Below are positions 51,219 to 60,455 of a stretch of DNA of 64,000 bases, piece after piece; within the stretch, counting starts at the first letter, position 1; the number at the start of each line of letters is the position of its first letter. The notes beneath the pieces were generated by a model. The model ran no database searches and had not been told where the DNA came from. It saw only the letters and a list, made by a program, of their open reading frames with translations. The translations under genes and the position numbers were made by a program. The stretch comes from a virus. The stretch is taken from the IMG/VR virus record IMGVR_UViG_3300042467_002537; one strand, given 5' to 3'.

Positions 51219-52097
51219 ATGAGCATTTTAAACAAAGACAAAGGGACCCATCCCGTAGCAAAAATGGTTCTACCTAAAGAGGTAGAAAAGGTTGGTAACG
51301 GCAAATTAACCGACAAGATGAAGAAGAAGGTTAAGTGTGGCGGTGTTATGTGGACCGGAGCAGCAGACGCATTCAATGCAATGTATGATGCTGCATTGGC
51401 TGCAGGCCATAAGCTTCGTAACATTGGTGACTATCGACCAGTTGAGCAACAGCTTTCAATGTTTAAGGAAAGATACAGCGACAAGCCAACTGACCGTAAG
51501 CCAGAGATTACTAGAACCTATGAAGGAAAGAAATGGTATCTTAAGAAGGGCATGGCACCTTCGGGTAGCCCTGGAACCTCTAACCACGGTTTTGGATTGG
51601 CTATCGACCTTGCTGTTGATGCAAAAGGTAAGATCGTTGGTATTGGTGGAACAAAGGCTTACGCATGGATGACTGAAAATGCACCTAATTATGGGTTCTA
51701 CCTACAGGGTGCACCAACTAAGCCAGACGGTAAAGCAAACCCAGAGTATGAAGCTTGGCATTGGCAGTATTGCATTGGCGATAAGCAAGCTCCTGCACTC
51801 TCCGGTGCAGCACCTGCTCCAGTAGCAGCACCTGCTCCAGTAGCAGCTCCTGTTCCAGTAGAACAACAGAAGGCTGCAGATCCAGACAACGACAAGGTTT
51901 TGTCTGTTGGATCTAAAGGACCAGAAGTTGTAGAGCTTCAAAAGCTTCTTGCAAAGCATAAGGTTTATGCAGGCAAAGCAGATGGAGACTTTGGAAAAGT
52001 AACAGAAGATTCTGTAAACAAGTTCAAAGCTGCCAAAGGTCTTAAGGCTGATGGAAGAGCTGGTGCAAAAGTATTTGCTCTTTTGCGCATGAAGTAA
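51219..52097 (+). CDS. Endolysin: VanY-like D-Ala-D-Ala carboxypeptidase plus peptidoglycan-binding domain
   Basis: NIGDYRPVEQQ...SPGTSNHGFGLAIDLAV...EAWHWQY; A/P/V linker; GSKGPEVVELQKLLAKHKVYAGKADGDFGKVTEDSVNKFKAAKGL. Confidence 0.85.
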   Translation: MSILNKDKGTHPVAKMVLPKEVEKVGNGKLTDKMKKKVKCGGVMWTGAADAFNAMYDAALAAGHKLRNIGDYRPVEQQLSMFKERYSDKPTDRKPEITRTYEGKKWYLKKGMAPSGSPGTSNHGFGLAIDLAVDAKGKIVGIGGTKAYAWMTENAPNYGFYLQGAPTKPDGKANPEYEAWHWQYCIGDKQAPALSGAAPAPVAAPAPVAAPVPVEQQKAADPDNDKVLSVGSKGPEVVELQKLLAKHKVYAGKADGDFGKVTEDSVNKFKAAKGLKADGRAGAKVFALLRMK

Positions 52098-52107
52098 TAC
52101 GGTATCA

Positions 52108-52233
52108 GTGAGTATTTTAAAAAACATTTTAGTTTTTAGTATCTTTTTATCAATGTTTGCAATGCCAGTAGCACTATTTTATATTGTTATTGACACTATA
52201 AAAGACTTTGATGATGAGATAGATATAGACTAA
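52108..52233 (+). CDS. Possible tiny membrane protein downstream of the endolysin
   Basis: GTG start; MSILKNILVFSIFLSMFAMPVALFYIVIDTIKDFDDEIDID*. Not in the ORF track. Confidence 0.35.
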   Translation: MSILKNILVFSIFLSMFAMPVALFYIVIDTIKDFDDEIDID

Positions 52234-52274
52234 GCTATGTGATATAATAATCTCCTTGCTACGGAGGCCGGTGC

Positions 52275-52308
52275 AGAACCCCAGTGGATTAATTTCTACT
52301 GGGGTTCT
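52275..52308 (+). terminator. Hairpin, likely terminator
   Basis: AGAACCCCAGT-(12 nt)-ACTGGGGTTCT followed by TCCCTTTC. Confidence 0.6.
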
Positions 52309-52374
52309 TCCCTTTCTATGGACTAATTTTTATTATGAGTTGTTACTATAACAGTACATAATTGGAGGGGTCCA

Positions 52375-55278
52375 GTGAATATATTTAAAAAAATTAGTAA
52401 GGCCTTTTCGCGTTCGGCTGCATGGGTTTTTGTGCCTATGATAGCCGTTTCAATTTTTACTTCAGCTGGATTTCAGGCAAATGCTACTGGCAGCTCTGTT
52501 TCTATTCCAAATGCGGGATTTGAAGATAACACCTTTACTGGTTGGTCAAGGGGATCACAAACAGGAACCCTTGGGAGTTCAATTAACGGAGGTGGCACTG
52601 GAGTAACCATATTCAATGGCTCAAGGACATTTACTCATGGTCCAAATGGCGCAATGGGAAGCCCAACGCTTTCAAATGGCAGCCCGAACCCATACTATGC
52701 CTCAGCGGTTGCTGCAGGTAGCTGGACATTTTCTCCAAATGGCGGAACATACGCTGTTGCTTTGCAACCAAAAGGTGAGCAAACATTTAATCAAGCAACC
52801 GCCGCACTTGGTCTTTCTGGAACAGATAACTCTGCAATTAAGACCATGCTTGCAGAGCAGGCTACTGCTGCTGGATTTGGCGGTGGTAATCCAACCGATG
52901 CAGCATGGATTACTCGTGAAGTTCAATTAACTGCGGGTGTAGTTTACACAATGTCTTGGAACTATATGGCGACTGACTATGTTCCATTTAATGATGGTTC
53001 TATAACATCGCTTACTCCTGTCACTGTTGCATCAACTCCAGTAATTACAGTTAATAACTTTGAACAATCATATGCCCTTTTGGGCTTTACAAACCCAGGC
53101 ACAGGAGATTATTCAACAAACTCCTACGGCGCTACTGGTTGGCAAGTATCAACTTATGAAGTCTCTGTGTCAGGAACATACAAACTTGGTTTTACATCAT
53201 TCAACCTAGATGATCAAGGTTTACCTCCAGTGTTGATGGTTGATGACGAGATAGGATCAACGCAAAAGTGTACTCAGGGTGGATCTTGCGAAACATTTGG
53301 CGGAGTTGAGCCAAATAACGAAACAGCACCAACTCTTCCTCCAACTACCACTACTGAACCAGCACCGACCACTACAACCACTACAACTACTACAACCACT
53401 ACAACCACTACAACAACAACAACAACAACAACAACAGTGCCAGATACAACAACTACAACTACTGCACCTTATTTTAACTCAATTCAAAACTTAACAGCTG
53501 TAGAAAATGATGATGGAAGCGTGACATTAGATTGGGATGCACCAAACGCAAGTAACACACAGCCGTATGTGTACAATATTCTTTTTTATGATTTAGATAA
53601 CAATACAGAGTCTGGTGGTTGGGGAGTTTGGACATATGCTGCCAACACTACTTATACAATTAATACTTCAGGCCAAACCGGTTATGGCCCTGTAAGGTTT
53701 AAGATTCAAGCAGGCACCGCCCCATGTGTGGGCGAAGCAGTAGGGAACTGTTTGTACGGTCCTCAGGAAGTTGCTGATGTAACAACATCAGAGCCTTATA
53801 CTACTACAACAACTACTACAACGACAATCCCACAAGTACCAACAGGCACGACAACAACAACTACTGCACCAGCGGTTGTTCTACCTCCTATTGAAACTAT
53901 CCCAACAGAAAACACTACTGTTTCAATACCTGAACTAGATCCAACTCCAATTTCAACACCTGAACCAGAAAATACTACTGTTTCAATTCCTGACTTAGAC
54001 CCAAGTCCAGTTTCTGTTCCAGAAATAGATGAAACTCCAGTTTCAGTCCCTGATCTAGACCCAAATCCAGTTCCTACTCCAGAGCCAGAAGACACTCCAG
54101 TAGATATTATAGTTCCTGAAGAAGTGCAAGATGCTGCAGACGCTGCTGTAGCAGATATTTTTGACGGTCCATTATCAAACGGGGAACTCGCAGATGCTGT
54201 TGGTGATCTTATCACAGAGGCTAATACACCTGAAGAATTAACTGCAGTAGTAGATTCTTTACTGTCACAGGACCTAAACGATGAGCAGTTTGTAACAGTG
54301 ATTGATTCTGTGTTTGATGGACCTATGTCTGATGAAAGCTTTTCTGCTGCGGTTGATGCCGTATTCTCTGAGCCTTTGACTGTAGAGCAATTTAGCGCAG
54401 CACTTGACGCAGTATTTGACGAGCCAATTTCAGACGAAAAGTTTGATGCAATTATCTCCGCTGTTTTAGATGAACCTCTTACCCAGGAACAATTTTCTGA
54501 ATTAGTCAATGTCTTTGAATCTGAGACCGTTACCGAAGATCAAGTCTCGGCAGCTGTTGATTCAATTCTGGAAAACGAAATATCAGCAGATGAATCAGCT
54601 GAACTTTCTGCAAGCCCTAAAGTTTTGGAAAGCATAACCCCAGAGCAAGCTACAGAAGTTTTTGCTTCGTTGGATATAGCAAGTGTAACGCCAGAACAAG
54701 AAGCTGAATTGGCTGCAGCACTTACCGACGCACCGCAAGACATTAAGGAAGCTCTAGAACAAGAAGTCGACATCTATGGTGACGGCTTTGACGATTACAC
54801 TGCTGTTGGTTCTAGTATCGACGTAGGAACCCGTAAGACAATGATAGCAGCGACAACTGCACTGGCTGCAGCAGCTGCTTCAATGGGTGGAACAGGAGGA
54901 GGACTCGGTGGTGGTTCTGGTTCTGGCGGTGGTCCAAATAATAATAAGCCAGGTGGCGAAGGCATGCCAGCTGGAAGAAAAGAAGAAGAAGAGGAAGAAG
55001 AAGTTGAGATCGAGGGCCCTGAAGGCCCTGAAAAAGGTAACTTTACAAAAAATAGCATATTCAAATACCAGGAGGGTACAATGAGCAAAAAATTCAGTCC
55101 ATGGGGCTTTGTTAAAAAGTTCTCAAGGGAAACCGCAGCGATGGCTTTTACTATATCTGGAAGTGTGATCGTTTTCGCAACACTTTCTGGTGATACTAGA
55201 AGGATCACACTAATAGCAACGTTATCTGCATTCGTAGTGCATTATGTATACGTAATGATAAAGAAGGACGAAGACTAA
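52375..55278 (+). CDS. Secreted/surface protein: signal peptide, beta domain, poly-Thr linkers, FN3-like domain, acidic repeat region; C-terminal TM part may be a separate gene
   Basis: MNIFKKISKAFSRSAAWVFVPMIAVSIFTSAGFQANA; TTTTTT tracts; VENDDGSVTLDWDAPNASNTQPYVYNI; PVSVPELD repeats. Confidence 0.75.
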   Translation: MNIFKKISKAFSRSAAWVFVPMIAVSIFTSAGFQANATGSSVSIPNAGFEDNTFTGWSRGSQTGTLGSSINGGGTGVTIFNGSRTFTHGPNGAMGSPTLSNGSPNPYYASAVAAGSWTFSPNGGTYAVALQPKGEQTFNQATAALGLSGTDNSAIKTMLAEQATAAGFGGGNPTDAAWITREVQLTAGVVYTMSWNYMATDYVPFNDGSITSLTPVTVASTPVITVNNFEQSYALLGFTNPGTGDYSTNSYGATGWQVSTYEVSVSGTYKLGFTSFNLDDQGLPPVLMVDDEIGSTQKCTQGGSCETFGGVEPNNETAPTLPPTTTTEPAPTTTTTTTTTTTTTTTTTTTTTTTVPDTTTTTTAPYFNSIQNLTAVENDDGSVTLDWDAPNASNTQPYVYNILFYDLDNNTESGGWGVWTYAANTTYTINTSGQTGYGPVRFKIQAGTAPCVGEAVGNCLYGPQEVADVTTSEPYTTTTTTTTTIPQVPTGTTTTTTAPAVVLPPIETIPTENTTVSIPELDPTPISTPEPENTTVSIPDLDPSPVSVPEIDETPVSVPDLDPNPVPTPEPEDTPVDIIVPEEVQDAADAAVADIFDGPLSNGELADAVGDLITEANTPEELTAVVDSLLSQDLNDEQFVTVIDSVFDGPMSDESFSAAVDAVFSEPLTVEQFSAALDAVFDEPISDEKFDAIISAVLDEPLTQEQFSELVNVFESETVTEDQVSAAVDSILENEISADESAELSASPKVLESITPEQATEVFASLDIASVTPEQEAELAAALTDAPQDIKEALEQEVDIYGDGFDDYTAVGSSIDVGTRKTMIAATTALAAAAASMGGTGGGLGGGSGSGGGPNNNKPGGEGMPAGRKEEEEEEEVEIEGPEGPEKGNFTKNSIFKYQEGTMSKKFSPWGFVKKFSRETAAMAFTISGSVIVFATLSGDTRRITLIATLSAFVVHYVYVMIKKDED
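53345..53470 (+). repeat. Low-complexity poly-threonine (ACN)n tract
   Basis: Long run of ACT/ACA/ACC codons. A second short tract lies near 53800-53870. Confidence 0.9.
55081..55278 (+). CDS. Possible separately initiated membrane protein nested in-frame at the 3' end of the 52375 ORF
   Basis: AGGAGGGTACA-ATG; MSKKFSPWGFVKKFSRETAAMAFTISGSVIVFATLSGDTRRITLIATLSAFVVHYVYVMIKKDED*. Confidence 0.6.
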   Translation: MSKKFSPWGFVKKFSRETAAMAFTISGSVIVFATLSGDTRRITLIATLSAFVVHYVYVMIKKDED

Positions 55279-55553
55279 TGGAAGAGGATAAGGGCATGTC
55301 ACAAATAAAAAATATCATCTTAAGAATCATTGCTACATTTGCAGCTTCCGGTCTTGGAGTCATTGGAGCAGGAAGTATAGCTGGGGTTCCACTTGTCAAA
55401 GCTGTGCTAATGGCTGGCATTGCCGGTGTTGCGGTTGTTATAGAAGGATTGTCAAGGGCATTCTTAGATGATGGAAAATTGTCCACTAGAGAAATTAATG
55501 AAGTATTTAATAGCGTAGATAAGAAATCAAGAAAAGCATCTAGCGATTCATAA
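55278..55553 (+). CDS. Holin-like membrane protein
   Basis: MSQIKNIILRIIATFAASGLGVIGAGSIAGVPLVKAVLMAGIAGVAVVIEGLSRAFLDDGKLS. Confidence 0.55.
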   Translation: MEEDKGMSQIKNIILRIIATFAASGLGVIGAGSIAGVPLVKAVLMAGIAGVAVVIEGLSRAFLDDGKLSTREINEVFNSVDKKSRKASSDS

Positions 55554-55559
55554 TAGAAT

Positions 55560-55700
55560 TTACTTGTATTCTTCCTTTATTGAATCCATAAATTCTTCTT
55601 CTTTTTTCCAAAGATCTTTCAATCTTTCTTCTAAAGACTTAGGGTCAATTGACTCGTCTATTTGAATAAATAAATCATTTTCTAATTTTGGGTCGTTCAT
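55560..55700 (-). CDS. Small acidic/helical protein (missed by the ORF track)
   Basis: MNDPKLENDLFIQIDESIDPKSLEERLKDLWKKEEEFMDSIKEEYK*, AAAGG upstream on minus. Confidence 0.45.
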   Translation of the reverse strand: MNDPKLENDLFIQIDESIDPKSLEERLKDLWKKEEEFMDSIKEEYK

Positions 55701-55718
55701 TTCTCTTACCTTTATTCT

Positions 55719-55916
55719 TTACTTAGCTATGCAGCCTCTTGAGCAATACATTTCAGAGTTGTGCTCATATATTATACCTTTAATCAAGTTCCTATTACAA
55801 GTTGGACAGGTAAAGCCGGCTGTTTTGTAGCCTATATACATAGTAGCTTTACCTAGACGCTCTGCTTCTTTTGTCGCTGTTCCAGAATTTACCTTGTTTG
55901 GCTTCTTCGCTGCCAT
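55719..55916 (-). CDS. Small zinc-finger protein
   Basis: MAAKKPNKVNSGTATKEAERLGKATMYIGYKTAGFTCPTCNRNLIKGIIYEHNSEMYCSRGCIAK*. Confidence 0.55.
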   Translation of the reverse strand: MAAKKPNKVNSGTATKEAERLGKATMYIGYKTAGFTCPTCNRNLIKGIIYEHNSEMYCSRGCIAK

Positions 55917-55999
55917 AACGCACCTCCGTATTTTGATTAAAGTTATGTTTAATAGTAAACAGGTGTGCAAAAAGAAAACACTTGTGCTATCATTTAAGG

Positions 56000-56584
56000 A
56001 TGAAAAATAAAAGTGGATACATTTATGAGGGCTCAGAAGACCTAGAAATTGACCCAGAAGATGTTAAAAATATCTATGTTCTTGAGAACTTTATATCTCC
56101 TGAAGATATAGTTACTTTAAGAAACTATATAGAAAATGCCGACTTTGAGCTCAGCGACTACGGCGTGCATGAATTCCCTCTTGCGGCACTTCATTTCAGT
56201 GGTGAAGTAGCAACCCTGATGCAAGCCTATAGGGATAAAGCTGCCCTTATCCTAGAAGAAACTTTTGATTGCAGCGTGGCTAGATCTGAAATAGCTAGCT
56301 TGACTAAGTATGCCACTGGGCAAAACTTGAACGAGCATGCGGATAAGATTTGTGAATCATGGAGAGACTTAAGTACCTCGATGTATTACAACGATGATTA
56401 TACTGGTGGGGAGCTTTTCTTTAGCCAGTACGATCTGTCTTTTACGCCTAAGGCTGGCATGATGATCTATTTCCCTGCAGGGGGTAACTATGCCCACGGC
56501 GTTAACGAGGTGACTTCAGGCAACCGTTATGCTACGACTACCTTTTGGAAGGTAGAAAAATGGAACTCAATTCAATACTCGTGA
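56000..56584 (+). CDS. 2OG-Fe(II) oxygenase (prolyl-4-hydroxylase-like)
   Basis: YVLENFISPEDI; EHADK; MYYNDDYTGGELFFSQYDLSFTPKAGMMIYFPAGGNYAHGVNEV. Confidence 0.8.
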   Translation: MKNKSGYIYEGSEDLEIDPEDVKNIYVLENFISPEDIVTLRNYIENADFELSDYGVHEFPLAALHFSGEVATLMQAYRDKAALILEETFDCSVARSEIASLTKYATGQNLNEHADKICESWRDLSTSMYYNDDYTGGELFFSQYDLSFTPKAGMMIYFPAGGNYAHGVNEVTSGNRYATTTFWKVEKWNSIQYS

Positions 56585-56718
56585 TATAATATAAGTCTTA
56601 AAACTATTTCGTAAATTTAAGTTTTACTCAAATTTGCTTTTGGGCTAAAAAATTTTTTCCACTTTTTTTGTCTGTATAGGTTTTAAAGTAATTATTTCGC
56701 ACAGAAAGAATTGGTAGA

Positions 56719-57513
56719 ATGAACAGTTTTGGCAAGACATACAATAACGTAAGTTTTTCTGATATTTTAGAAAAATACGATTCTTATTATAATGACCTTT
56801 TAAATCATAAAGTTCTAGTTTTCAAAAACATTGATTTTGGCGATAAATCTGTATCGCAGTCTCTTGGCTCTTTATTCTCAAAAGAAGAAGATGTCAAAAT
56901 ATACGATAAAAACTTTGATGATAATTTTGAGTATTTTACAGAAAAAAATGGAAAACTGCCATCAAAAGATGATTACTTAGTTAGATGGCAAACGGACAAT
57001 TGTTCAGATGTAGAGCCCAGCAATATTAGCTGCATTTATATGAATTCCGTTGGTGACTCAGCTGGGTTGAGTGAAACAAAATGGGTCAATCTTGAGAATG
57101 TATATAATATGATCAGCGAAGAAGATATGAGCTTTATCCTTAAAATCAAGTTTAGATGGCTTGATGAAGGACTTGCAAAATTCCCACTTCAAAGAAAAGA
57201 TATAGGGCAGCAAGATAGCCACCCTTCTTGGAGAATACATCCAGAGACAGGAAAGCCAAGCATATTTTACGGCGGGTTAAATACCTTAGGAAAAGATAAC
57301 GATAAATGGCAAAAGCACATATATAAGCTTCGCGACACGTTTTTTGAGGATAAGTTAAATATATTTAGCTTAACTTGGGAACAAAAAGATCTAGTGATAT
57401 GGGACAACAGATGTACCGCATATAGCTCAATGGGTGGCTTTAATGCTGGGCAAATAAAATTTACTAAGGTAGAAGCTGGACACTCTAAGCCAATTAATGG
57501 CTTAGAACAATAA
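56719..57513 (+). CDS. TauD/TfdA-like protein with altered metal-ligand positions
   Basis: VRWQTDN; WRIHPETGKPSIFYG; WEQKDLVIWDNRCTAYSS. Confidence 0.6.
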   Translation: MNSFGKTYNNVSFSDILEKYDSYYNDLLNHKVLVFKNIDFGDKSVSQSLGSLFSKEEDVKIYDKNFDDNFEYFTEKNGKLPSKDDYLVRWQTDNCSDVEPSNISCIYMNSVGDSAGLSETKWVNLENVYNMISEEDMSFILKIKFRWLDEGLAKFPLQRKDIGQQDSHPSWRIHPETGKPSIFYGGLNTLGKDNDKWQKHIYKLRDTFFEDKLNIFSLTWEQKDLVIWDNRCTAYSSMGGFNAGQIKFTKVEAGHSKPINGLEQ

Positions 57514-57567
57514 TCCAACGCAAAATAGCGGTAAACCCGTTACTATAAACAAAATAAAACTATCAAA

Positions 57568-57921
57568 ATGGAGTATCAGATGTATAAATTTTTATCAGAA
57601 ATGGAAGATAAGCTTCCGGCTTTAAGCCCAGCAGAAAAAGACTTTGCTGACGCTCTTTTGGGTATCGCCAAAAAATATGGAAAATTAGCTGATAAAGACA
57701 AAAATGGTATTTGGGTTGGTTATGTCCCAAGAGAAGAAAATGAAAATTATGAGATTGGAGTACGCTGCGAAAACTGCGTGCTACATGAATCAGACTACGT
57801 TTGTAAAATTGTTAAAAGAAGAATTGAGCCAGGCGGTTACTGCAGATTAGCAGCTATACCGGATGGCGTCGTCGGCAAACAGGCAGATGATAGCTCAGAT
57901 GATGATTCAGATGCCGAATGA
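57568..57921 (+). CDS. Small Cys-containing hypothetical protein
   Basis: CENCVLHESDYVCKIVKRRIEPGGYC. Confidence 0.5.
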   Translation: MEYQMYKFLSEMEDKLPALSPAEKDFADALLGIAKKYGKLADKDKNGIWVGYVPREENENYEIGVRCENCVLHESDYVCKIVKRRIEPGGYCRLAAIPDGVVGKQADDSSDDDSDAE

Positions 57922-58744
57922 TGAGCCTACGGAAGAAGTTGTTCTTTCGAGGCGTAATAAAAAAAGGTTTGATAAGCTAGTTGCTGGCCTAGACAAAAAA
58001 ATTATTGATTTAGAGCAACAGAACGCCGCTTTAAGAAATAATACCGAGACTTTAAAAGATCAAATACAATCAATTAATTCCGTAGAGTTAATCGAAAAAA
58101 AAGAGATCTTATCGGAATACGACAAAGCTCATAAAGATTATCTCGATGCACAAGCGGATAGTGAAGAAACAGAAAAAGAGCTGTCCAAGCAATCTTCTTC
58201 TATGTCAGAATATGGCACAGAGATAATATGGTTTTCAGTGGTGATTGGACTTGTTTTTGATTTCTTATTATGGAAAGATATTTTCGCCGGCAAGTTTGGA
58301 TCTGATTCTTGGGCTGAAAGAGCCGAAAGGGCATCGGCTATAATACTCTCGTTTTCTTATGCCTTTGTCTGCGCCCAATTGGGGGCATCCTATGCTATCA
58401 AGACTTTAAGCAGTAAGCGAAAAAATTCTACAAATCCAAAAGAAATAGAAATATACAACAAATCTACTGCAAAAAACTCCCTAGGTATAAACGTACTCCT
58501 TTTTGGTCTATTGACTGTCTTGTCTACCTCAGCGAGGTATGCTGAAGAAGGTCTAGATATGACTGATAAATTTATTCTTTCTTTGGCATCTGTCAGCATC
58601 GGCCTTGTTATATCTGCTATAGCCTATTGGTACACCGATGTTTACGACCATTTTATTAAGGCAGCAAAGAAAAAAGAAGATAAGGCAAGAAAAAACTTTT
58701 ATATTTTAAACAAACAGATTAAGGAAAACAAATATGAAAATTGA
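57911..58744 (+). CDS. Coiled-coil membrane protein
   Basis: MPNDEPTEEVVLSRRNKKRF... coiled-coil followed by several TM-like segments. Confidence 0.5.
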   Translation: MPNDEPTEEVVLSRRNKKRFDKLVAGLDKKIIDLEQQNAALRNNTETLKDQIQSINSVELIEKKEILSEYDKAHKDYLDAQADSEETEKELSKQSSSMSEYGTEIIWFSVVIGLVFDFLLWKDIFAGKFGSDSWAERAERASAIILSFSYAFVCAQLGASYAIKTLSSKRKNSTNPKEIEIYNKSTAKNSLGINVLLFGLLTVLSTSARYAEEGLDMTDKFILSLASVSIGLVISAIAYWYTDVYDHFIKAAKKKEDKARKNFYILNKQIKENKYEN

Positions 58745-59225
58745 TTTTAAAAAGATAATAGTTAGAACTTCAGTAGGTTTAGTATTGTCTATGATTCTAG
58801 CTTACATTTTTTGGCCAAAGTCAGAACCAGTAGAAATTACAGTAGACCCTTCTACGACAATTGCGCAACCAATAGTCGCAGATCCACCATGTCTTGTTTT
58901 CTACCAAAAAGATAAAGATATACCAGTCTTCGAAGAAGGTATGGCATGCGTAGAGATTTACGTGACTAAATACACACGTGCCTATTATTCAGCTCTTAAC
59001 GTCGTTTGTAGGTCTTCTAGTGATGGTAAAACAGTTAATAGAAATGATCTTTCCGGCAAGAGAGCAAAGGCTTTGCAGTTTTCTTTGCTTGAAAAAGGTA
59101 TAGCTTTTGAAGATATTAAAGTCACATCGCTTGGTGATACATCTCCTTATCCTGGTATAGACCCAGAAAGTGCAGACGGAAAAATACTTAATAGATCTTG
59201 CGAAATAACAGGTATTTTAAAATAA
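58734..59225 (+). CDS. Membrane-anchored hypothetical protein
   Basis: VGLVLSMILAYIFW N-terminal TM-like segment. Confidence 0.45.
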   Translation: MKIDFKKIIVRTSVGLVLSMILAYIFWPKSEPVEITVDPSTTIAQPIVADPPCLVFYQKDKDIPVFEEGMACVEIYVTKYTRAYYSALNVVCRSSSDGKTVNRNDLSGKRAKALQFSLLEKGIAFEDIKVTSLGDTSPYPGIDPESADGKILNRSCEITGILK

Positions 59226-59243
59226 AGAAAGTCTGGTAAAAAA

Positions 59244-59718
59244 ATGGCTAAAGCTCCGGGTTCAATTGGTGCAGTTGCAATGCCAAAGATGGCAGGTAGA
59301 GTCATCCCTCGTAAGGGCCCAGGGTCTTTAGCGCGGAAAGATGATTGGACCGCCAAAACCTGTTGGTCCTAGACCTTTTTCTCCACTTGGTAGAGATATA
59401 GGTTTTATGGAAGAAACTAAAAAGCTAAATACACTTAGGCCACTACCAACGGCTACGCTAAGCGTAGCTCCACCTAGCGTAGCTACTGCTGTTGTATCAG
59501 CAGCGACCACTTCAGCAGCGAGTGCAGCGACTTCTGCTGGCGCATCATCAGCAGTAAAAAATTTCTTAAAAAGTGGAGTAAAAGCAGCATCTGGCAACAG
59601 TGTTCTTAAAAAGATGAGACATCCAGCTACTGGAGTAGCAGCAATTGGGTTAGCTACTTCTGTGGCTATCAGTAAGCGAAGTCTTAACAGGAAAGAAGAA
59701 GAAGAAAGAAGATACTAG
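59244..59718 (+). CDS. Small Ala/Pro-rich protein encoded across a +1 recoding site (CGGA 59334-59337), predicted 157 aa
   Basis: MAKAPGSIGAVAMPKMAGRVIPRKGPGSLA-[CGGA]-KMIGPPKPVGPRPFSPLGRDIGFMEETKKL...; (475-1)/3=158 codons. The upstream frame ends TAG at 59370; the downstream frame has TAG at 59329. Confidence 0.75.
59334..59337 (+). other. Candidate CGGA quadruplet / +1 frameshift site 4
   Basis: The downstream frame opens only 3 nt before the GGA codon (window 59332-59369). Confidence 0.82.
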
Positions 59719-59748
59719 GCTTTTCCCCGAAATGTGATATAGTATTGC

Positions 59749-60153
59749 ATGGGAATGTTTGACACGATAGAAATAGATTTTCCACTACCGATAGCGTTAT
59801 ATATAGAGCATCCGATAAAGTCATATGTATCACAAGCTATCTATGCAGACGGCTTTCAATGCAAAGACCTAGAGTGCCTGATGGACAATTATTTTATAGA
59901 TAATAATGGTTTTTTATACAAAAACGGCAACAATATATGGGAAAGCTCTAACGATGTTGAGCCATTAAAAGTAAAGATGTATTATCACGGGCATCTAAGA
60001 GTATACAATTTAATACTATTAGAAGACAATGTTGAAAAACAAAAAACTATCTGGTTAGAATACGATTTGAAGTTCACTGATGGTATACTAGTGGAGGCGA
60101 AGATGATTCGTCCGACTAAAGAGGAAATTGATGGACTACACAAAAACATATAG
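59749..60153 (+). CDS. Hypothetical protein
   Basis: MFDTIEIDFPLP...; likely start ATG 59755. Confidence 0.5.
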   Translation: MGMFDTIEIDFPLPIALYIEHPIKSYVSQAIYADGFQCKDLECLMDNYFIDNNGFLYKNGNNIWESSNDVEPLKVKMYYHGHLRVYNLILLEDNVEKQKTIWLEYDLKFTDGILVEAKMIRPTKEEIDGLHKNI

Positions 60154-60322
60154 AGAAATATATAAGGCCGTAAAATCAGACGGCATTGAGCACGAAATTG
60201 CGCATAGAATATCTAACAAAATCACCGATGCAATTGTTGACTTATCTCTTTTAATAGAAGGCAAGGATAAAAAAGTAGCAAAGATTGCTATAGATTTTAT
60301 CAAAAAAACTCACACAAATTAA
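60128..60322 (+). CDS. Hypothetical protein
   Basis: 64 aa ORF. Confidence 0.45.
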   Translation: MMDYTKTYREIYKAVKSDGIEHEIAHRISNKITDAIVDLSLLIEGKDKKVAKIAIDFIKKTHTN

Positions 60323-60328
60323 TAATCT

Positions 60329-60403
<75 letters not shown>

Positions 60404-60455
60404 TCTCAAATGGTATGTTGTAGAGCATATTTTTTGAATTTAAAAAAAGGAAAGA

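Noticed and set aside
53345-53470. Thr tract as CRISPR or other array
   Set aside because: Codon-level low complexity without spacers; no CRISPR array seen anywhere in the window.
53796-54509. 237 aa minus-strand ORF
   Set aside because: Low-complexity antisense shadow of the PVSVPELD/acidic region and Thr tract of the 52375 ORF.
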